Part shown: positions 56,319-64,000 of the stretch, piece by piece
How positions within the stretch are numbered: position 1 is the stretch's first letter
Layout of the letters: each line of letters begins with the position of its first letter
Origin: the human T2T-CHM13v2.0 reference genome, Homo sapiens
Reading direction: 5' to 3'
Length of the DNA: 64,000 nt
NCBI GenBank assembly: GCA_009914755.4
Contig: CP068257.2
Location: 27,744,001-27,808,000 of the forward strand
Notes under the pieces: model-generated
The model's input: only the letters and a program-made list of their open reading frames with translations
The model's database searches: none
What the model was told of the DNA's origin: nothing
Position numbers and translations under genes: made by a program

Positions 56319-57002
56319 CGATTGTCTCTAGAATTCACTGAATTGTAAACAAGGCTACATATACATTCTGGTAGCGTCCTTTCTAGATTCCTTCCATGGC
56401 TGTTCCCTACTTCTTTTGTTAGTGTTTTCTTTTTTTTCCCTCTAGTTCTGTCTATGTTGGGCACTTGCTGGGGATGCTTAGAAGTCAGCCTAAGGTCCAG
56501 TAGGTCTGGTCCTGTTGTCCCTGGACTGTGCTGGTCTTGTCTTCCTGTTTTTTATTGTTCTAGCACCCCTTTACTAACCTTTAGGCTAATGTTTAAATTG
56601 ACCTTAGTCTAAATGGCATGTTCAAAGGCGAAGTGGCCTTTATGATGTGATCATCCTTGGATTAATTTTTAGGTTATTATTTCCTCTCTCAGCCTTGATC
56701 CTTGGGGATGCCAATTTTATTTGCTGGTTCTGCTACCGGTGGAGGGTGTCCAGGTTCTCGGTGTCTTGAACATAAATTGGACAAAACGTACAAAGAAAGA
56801 AAGAATGAAGCAACTAAAGCAGAGATTTATTGAAATCAGAAACATACTCCACAAGGTAGGAGTGGGCCGAGCATACGGCTCAAGGGCCTGGTTACAGAAT
56901 TTTCTGGAGTTTAAATTCTCTCTAGAGGTTTCCATTGGTTACTTAGTGTACCATCCTATGCAGATGAAGAGGCTAAAGTGAAGTTACAAAGTTATTTACT
57001 TG

Positions 57003-57098
57003 GTGTACACCCTATGCAAAGTGGATGTGTACACCCTATGCAAAGTGGATGTGTACACCCTATGCAAAGTGGATGTGTACACCCTATGCAAAGAAGAG
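57003..57098. repeat. 24-bp minisatellite (unit gtgtacaccctatgcaaagtggat), three perfect copies plus one partial, embedded between a ~50-bp flanking duplication
   Basis: The perfect copies sit at 57003..57026, 57027..57050 and 57051..57074, with a partial copy at 57075..57098. Flanking segments at 56950..57002 and 57081..57147 share cctatgca.a.gaagagg...gaagt.agttacaaagttatttacttgg. Confidence 0.9.
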
Positions 57099-60000
57099 GA
57101 TGTTTCCTGTCATAGCTGAAGTAGAGTTACAAAGTTATTTACTTGGACTTAGAAGGCTGGGTTGGGGTTTTTCCATTTAATTTAGTTCTAGGAAGTCCTT
57201 AGGTTCCCTGCCTCCAGACCCTATTTCCTGCCTCAGTTCCTAGTTCCAATCCTTGGTTCTGGTTAAAAGTTTTCTACAGGCCACCTGAATTTTAGACGAA
57301 AGGTTCTTTCTAGCGATGTGGTGGTAAATGTTTAACAACTTGCTTTTAGAAAAAAAAGAAAAACCTGATTTGTAGCATTTGCCAATTTCTCTCGTGTAAA
57401 TACTACCACTATGGTCAATTTCAAATCCCCAGTGTGATGCCATGGAACTCAGAATTGGAATGGAATGAACGTAACTGACTCTCACTAGCTGGCTCTATCA
57501 CCCCCTTAGTCAGTTCTCTAACTCATTTGTGGAATGGAGAAAGCAACTTAATTCTTTCTTAATTTTTGCATTTTGTCATTCCCCACCCCTCCCCCCACCA
57601 TCCCTGGAAGACACACCAGGCTGATCTCATAGTTCTTCTGGTGATTTTTAGTATTAAAATATTCACTAAAGTCTAATACAATTGTTTATTCAAGTTAAAA
57701 CTTCTTCCCTATTCCAGTTTGTACTTGACCTCATCTGTAAGCCTACTGTTGAGCAGAAAAACATGTACCAGTTACCAATGCCAGGTGAAGATTCCAACTA
57801 TCTGGAGGATAGACAAGGTCATCATAATGCCAGCCACCTGTAATAGAAATCCAAACACTTATGCCCACTGTATCTTAGTATTGGAGTCGCCAAGGAAAAC
57901 GCAGTACTGTCAAGCACTGGCTGGAGCAACGCTTTTACTCACATAGAGAAGAGACAGGGTGAGATCAGCTCCAACAATGTGCATGAGTCTTGCATGGCTA
58001 GTGGGCCCCTCTGGCAGCCAATGCAGGGCAAGAGGCCTTCACATACCCATCCTGTACTGCAGTAGTAGGACGCTGACCCTTCCCCTGTGGGGCCTGAAAT
58101 ACTGAAAGCTGGGGGTGTGCTTGAGGGCCGTTGACACATATGATTAAGACTAACAGAGGAGCACACACAGAGCCTGGAACTTGGCAAGGAAGTGTTCCAG
58201 GCACAAGGCCCATTCTTATGGGGCAGAGCATGGGGACTGCCTTTCATCTCTATTTTTTTGTCTTGCTCTTTTACTCCTCCCACACCCCCGCCCTTGCTGC
58301 TTCCTGCTTCTCCGGGCTTAAAGACTGTAGTGGTGCAGCGTATTGGTGAGTGGGAGAGAAGGCCTTATTTCTCTGTTAGACTTGGTGGGTCTGGGGGTGG
58401 CAGATGTCCCTAGCTGCCTCTTTCTCTTATGGTACACTATTATGGCTTCCTTGGAGAGTCCTCCCTGAGGATCTCCAATTCCGGTTTTCTGGCAAGGAGC
58501 TTCCTCTTCCAGCTGGCTGTTTCCTGTTTCCCCTTAGATCCTGGATCTGTCTACATCTAGCCTCTTTATTCACTTTTGTCCTCTTCAACTCTAGACATAC
58601 ATCTGACACCAATAAATCCTGCCGTTTGGCTGTGTCTCAGGCAGGCTGCTACAGGTGCTCTCTCTCCTTTGGACTTTCTAAGAGTGAGGCTGGTACCATC
58701 CTGGAAGTTGAAGGGACACATGCCCTCCACCTGGTTCCCTTAAAGCCATCTTCTCTTCACTACAGGTGAGGAAGGGAAGTGCCACAACACAGAATACCAT
58801 ACACATCCTTCATCTTCAATCTCTTCAGCCTCTTGTGAACCCCAAATATCTGAGACAGGCCTCAATCAATTTAGAAAGTTTATTTTGCTAAGGTTAAGGA
58901 TGCGCCTGTGACCCAACCTCAGGAGGTCCTGATGACATGTGCCCAAAGTGGTTGGGGCACAATTGGTTTTATGCATTTTAGGGAGACATGAGACATCAAT
59001 CAATATGTGTAAGATGTACATTGGTTTGGTTTGGAAAGGCAGGACAATGCTAAGTGGGGAGGGGGCTTCCAGGTTGTAAGTATATAAGTGACAAGTGTTT
59101 GCAGTCTTTTGAGTTTCTGATTAGTTTTTCCTAAGGAGGCAATCAGATATGCATTTATCTCAGTGAGTGGAGGGATGACTTTGAGTTTATCTTAGTAGCT
59201 ATCTTTCTTAGGAATAGAATGGGAAAAAAGTTTCCCTAAGCAGTTCCCAGCTTGGCTTTTCCCTTTGGCTTAGTGATTTTGGGGTCCCGAGATTTATTTT
59301 CCTTTCACATTCCTCATGAGGATTTCCTTTCAAATAGTTCTTCCCTTTGAACAAATAATTTCATTCCTGGGGATCAGTCCTAAGGAACTAAGCCCAAATA
59401 ATAAAAAAGCTTTCTGCTCAAAGATATTCTTTTCATCTTTTTTAAAAAGCTTTTCCTAACATGTTCTGATGGGGGCAGGTGACTGGCAAAGGCTGTTAGA
59501 ACTGGTTTTAGCCACACGAAGGATCCTTGGGAGGTAATTTAGGGTCTCAGGTGAAAATATGAGGCAGGAAGGGTCACATTTTAACATCCTGCTACAAATG
59601 ATTTCTTGGATCCCACCAAAGACCGTTTATTAAGTCTGTATTCCCCACATTCTTCTCTCTGGCTAGATAATTCCCTACTGTGACTTTTTGTATCTTTACA
59701 ATTATTTTCTAGTGGCAGACTTCGGCAGCAATGCAAGTTTACCACATATACTGGCTTTCTGGTCTATCTCAACATGTCTTCCCACCACTCACTTTTTTTT
59801 TTTCTTCATTTTTGGCCCATACTGAGGGGTTGCCAGAATATTTTCTCTTATTTTTTTAAACAAATTCGGTTTTATGTCAAGATTACTAAAATTAATTTTG
59901 ACATGGTATTGCCCATGGTAATTTTGTGTATGTTACAATTCATAATAAATTAACCAGAGTATTTTTTCACAGGCTCCTACCCACTGCATATTTTTATCAT

Positions 60001-60685
60001 CTAACACATAGAAAATGTGTCAGTCTGTTAGATTCAATGCAAGTGCTCAGAGAAGTCTTTGTAACTGTACTTTAGATTTTGAGAATTCATTCATGGTTCC
60101 AATACATGGCATTTTACATGTAACATCGCAAATGGGTTTCATTTTAAGCATTCTTTAAATATGGAGCTTGTGAATTACAAAAGAATCTTTTATTTTACAC
60201 CAGAATACTTCACATCTTATGGAAACTCATCATTGATTTTATTTAAAAGAACTAGTTTTTCAAGAACACCTAAACATTTAATTATCATTAAATCAATTAA
60301 CTTGTAACCTCAGGATTATCTAACTATCAATCTGGAATGTCCAGTCAAGACAATGAAATATTAAACATATTTAAGGGGTTATAAATATGTGGAGGGAGGA
60401 ACTAAGTGACAGTATTGAAAACTTTAAATATATGGGGATTACATTATATTAATGTATTTAATTGGTATGTTTATTATATATGGATTATGATATATTATTA
60501 GAAGTTTAAATAAACACAAAAAATATTAAATTTTATAAAAGGGTAAATAATGAGGCTAAATATAAGTTAAACATAAAATATTTGATTAGCTTTTCTTCAT
60601 AACCCTATAAGTACTTAGGTTACATAGTATAATAAAATAGAATGTCCATGTGCATAAATAGCACAAATCTGCAATTAGTAGAAAT

Positions 60686-61000
60686 GACCTGAATAGGCCA
60701 GGCCCAGTGGCTCATGCCTGTAACCCCAGCACTCTGGGAGGCTGAGGTGGACAGATCACTTGGGGCCAAGAGTTTGAGACCAGCCTGGCCAACATAACGA
60801 AACCCCATTTCTACTAAAAATACAAAAATTAGCCGGACATGGAGGCACATGCCTATAATCCCAGTGACTCGGGAGGTTGAAGCACGAAAATCACGTGAGT
60901 CTGGGAGGCAGAGGTCGCAATGAGGTGACAGCGCACCATTGCATTCCAGCCTGGGTGACAGAAGGAAACTGTCTCAAAATAAATAAATAAATAAAATAAG
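60686..61000 (+). mobile_element. Alu (AluS-like) with an (AAAT)n-containing tail
   Basis: ggccaggcccagtggctcatgcctgtaaccccagcactctgggaggctgaggtggacagatcacttggggccaagagtttgagaccagcctggccaacataacgaaaccccatttctactaaaaatacaaaaattagccggacatggaggcacatgcctataatcccag...cattccagcctgggtgacagaaggaaactgtctcaaaataaataaataaataaaataag. Confidence 0.9.
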
Positions 61001-61792
61001 ATAACCTGAATAAAAATTATTTAAAAAATTTTTAAAAACTGTAAGAGATTACCTAATGCCCTAAAGTAAAACTGTAGCAAATGAAAGATGTACATTTTAT
61101 CAGGAGGTAGGGTTAAATAGTAAAAAATTATCTTTTTTCAAATTAATTTATCATTTTAATATTATAATTCAAAGTCCAGATGGGATTCTTTTGAGAGAAA
61201 CTTTGTAAAAAAAAAAATTAAGAAAAATATTTTTTTTCTTAAAATAGAATATTAATAAGTGGTGGAGAATTGTACCATATATTAAGAAGTATTATGAAGC
61301 TTGGATTCCTTAAGCAGTGTGGGCTTGATATAGGCTAATCACTAGAACCAGGTAGCTCAGATGAACTCTATGATAGGTAAGCTGCAATATATGGTAAAGG
61401 AGGCACCACAAACTAATGGTTAAAAAAGTAGTATTTAATAAGTAGTGTTGGGACAACTGGTTATCTGTTTACAAAAAAAGATATCTTTGGATTCTTACCT
61501 CTTACCATACACCCCCCAAAAATCTACAAGAATAAAAGAGACTTGAAAAAATCATATAAATTTAAAAGTTTAGAAGAAAACTATCAAATCTCTGTTTGGG
61601 GGAAGGTTTACCAACTTAAAAATAATGGAAAAACTGTAAGGACAGAGATAGATGTTAATGCTATAAAAATAATAACTTATGCCTATAAAAAAATCAAAGG
61701 GCAGATACTTTGGACATTTTTTGAATCAATTGTGAATCACATTCATTTTCTTCCTTATGAAAAGCCACAGAAATCAATACTGGAAACATTTA

Positions 61793-62426
61793 TTTATTTA
61801 TTTATTCATTATACTTTAAGTTCTAGGGTACATGTGTATAACATGCAGGTTTGTTACATATGTATATATGTGTCGTGTTGGTGTGCTGCACCCATTAACT
61901 CGTCGTTTACATTGGGTATATCTCCTAATGCTATCCCTCCCCTCTTCTCCCACCCCATGACAGGCCCCGGTGTGTGCTGTTCCCCATCCTGTGTCCAAGT
62001 GTTCTCATTGTTCAATTCTCACCTATAAGTGAGAACATGCAGTGTTTGGTTTTCTGTCCTTGCGATAGTTTTCTCAGAATGATGGTTTCCAGCTTCATCC
62101 ATGTCCCTACAAAGGACATGAACTCATCTTTTTTTATGGCTGCATAGTATTCCATGGTGTATATGTGCCACATTTTCTTAATTCAGTCTATCATTGTTGG
62201 ACTTTTGGATTGGTTCCAAGTCTTTGCTATTGTGAATAGTGCCGCAATAAACATACGCATGCATGTGTCTTTATAGCAGCATGATTTATAATCCTTTTGG
62301 TATATACCCAGTAATGGGATGGCTGGGTCAAATGGTATTTCTAGTTCTAGATCCTTGAGGAATCGCCACACTGTCTTCCACAATGGTTGAACTAGTTTAC
62401 AGTCCCACCAACAGTGTAAAAGTGTT
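61793..62426 (-). mobile_element. L1PA-type 3' end (~620 bp) with a ~16-bp TSD
   Basis: The TSD aatactggaaacattta sits at 61776..61792 and as aataatggaaacttta at 62427..62442. A (TTTA)n tail is followed by cattatactttaagttctagggtacatgtgtataacatgcaggtttgttacatatgtatatatgtgtcgtgttggtgtgctgcacccattaactcgtcgtttacattgggtatatctcctaatgctatccc...cctataagtgagaacatgcagtgtttggttttctgtccttgcgatag...ccagtaatgggatggctgggtcaaatggtatttctagttctagatccttgaggaatcgccacactgtcttccacaatggttgaactagtttacagtcccaccaacagtgtaaaagtgtt. Confidence 0.9.
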
Positions 62427-64000
62427 AATAATGGAAACTTTAAAATCATGATAGATAATGTGCAAAAATCATTGCTAGAAAATCATAAAAGATGAGCAAC
62501 AACTAATAAATGAAAATGTGGAAATATTTCAACACATGGTGATCAAGATTTGCAAATTAAGATAAGAAAAAAAGTATTTCTTCCCAGCAAATTCACAAAC
62601 ATAAGCTGTTTTTAATGAGACAACTTACTGCTAATAACTTAAGGGTATCTTGTAGAGAGGAGTGCCAATTGTTGCAAGTCTTTTGGAAAAACTTTGATAA
62701 TGTATACCAAAACCCTTCAAGTATTTCTTCCCTTTGAACTAATAACTCTATTCCTGAAAATTTATCCCAAGAAACAAAGACCAAATGAAAAACCTTTCTG
62801 TTTAGGGATATTCTTTTCTGGCTTAATGTGATAGCAAAAATTGGTAACCATTTTAACATGCCATAAAGTAAAATAGTTAAGTAAGGTCAGGAATCACCAC
62901 TCAATGAGATATTATGTAATTGTTTTGAAATACTTTGTAAAAATTTATAATAAGAGAAATGTTCATGCCATAATATTAAGAAAGCAAGGTACTTTCATTA
63001 TATGTTATGAATGTTTATATATAGGAGTTCAGAGTTCCATATACAGAATGATCACAATTACATAAAAAGGAAAAAGGAATAAAACAAAACCCCAAATTCC
63101 ATTTAGATAAATGAATAAAGAAAATCATTTCATCAAGTGTTAACATTGATATTGTTTTGGTTAGTGGGAGTACGGTTGATTTTTTGTCTCCCTTTTTTTC
63201 CTGTTGTTTTCCCTAATGAGCATATATCACTTTGAGAATGGACAAAACAAGAAAGTTTTGAAACGTAGTATACTCACACATAATGGTTTCCCTGTATTGA
63301 TCTACATAAATGTGTGATTTTATTAAGCGGAAGTCTATTAGTACAAAAATCTACTTCCTATTACAGTTTGTCACTTCAGGCAGTTATTAAGGTCTTTCCC
63401 ACCTTAAAGAATATAAACCTATTTCTTTAGTTCTGCAGCCTAAGTTAAAAGGTGAAGTAAGTGCTAACATTTCTTTTTTTAAGAAAGAGCATCAATTTCA
63501 GCACAGACTTTCCACCTAGCACTGAAAATGTCACTGGGAAATTGTAGTCCTTAACCTAAAAGCTTAAAATCTCAATTATACGGATGAATCAGTTGAGACT
63601 CATGAATAATATGAAAAGGTCTTTTAATCATAAAAAGGCCTGGACAATGAAATGAATCACTTTGAGGTTAGCTATTTTTATAGAAAATGAGATTTTTTTT
63701 TTCAAATAGTTGAAAGCGTGAATGGTGCAACTGGAAATCATTCCAACAGTGCAGGAAAAAATAGAGCTATAAATAAAATGAAGAAACAAGTAAGCAACTA
63801 GGAAACGGAAGAGCAAGCTGAAGCAGCAATAGAGGCTGAAAAACCAGCAGTGAATTCAAGACAGGAATCTGTAAGTGCACTCAAAAGATGACATAAACAG
63901 AGAGAAAAGACCCTCTTCGTAATGTGTGGACCCATGTGATTTTCAGAATCTGGTTTTATGTACTGTAAAAGAGGATTATAAGTTAGGGCCTTTGGAAAGA

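Noticed and set aside
57003-57098. Possible CRISPR-like array of regularly repeated 24-bp units
   Set aside because: The units are directly adjacent with no spacers, there are only 3-4 copies, and the context is eukaryotic. This is a minisatellite.
61543-62028. 161-aa plus-strand ORF
   Set aside because: It starts in AT-rich unique sequence and runs into the antisense L1 3'UTR (…YNMQVCYICIYVSCWCAAPINS…). It is an L1-antisense artefact.

Overview
This window is primate (hominid) genomic DNA, almost certainly human, and it is dense in repeats and non-coding. I do not recognise any host protein-coding exon, RNA gene, or prokaryotic-style system such as an operon, CRISPR array or defense island. 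I do not think an undescribed biological system is encoded here.

Roughly half the window is recognisable retroposon sequence:
- About 22 Alu elements or Alu fragments, several with intact target-site duplications (TSDs) and long pure poly-T/A tails.
- Three young L1PA 3' ends: one interrupted by a hominid-specific SVA insertion, one carrying a twin-priming 5' inversion with an intact 388-aa ORF2 reverse-transcriptase reading frame, and one with a clear TSD.
- Several older L1M/L1PB fragments and a nested L2 fragment.
- MaLR elements: a THE1 5' LTR with internal sequence, two solo THE1/MST LTRs, and two MLT1 LTRs.
- An internally deleted DNA-transposon remnant.
- Microsatellites and minisatellites: (TG)n, (CA)n, (TA)n, (GA)n, (ATTT)n, (ATTTT)n, a roughly 200-bp polypurine/polypyrimidine tract containing (GGAA)10, and a 24-bp unit repeated 3-4 times.

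Every ORF of 60 aa or more in the supplied track is either L1 ORF2-derived, a translation of Alu sequence or low-complexity sequence, or an unsupported random frame.

All coordinates are approximate to within about 5 bp. Family and subfamily names are recalled from memory of consensus sequences, not from a search.
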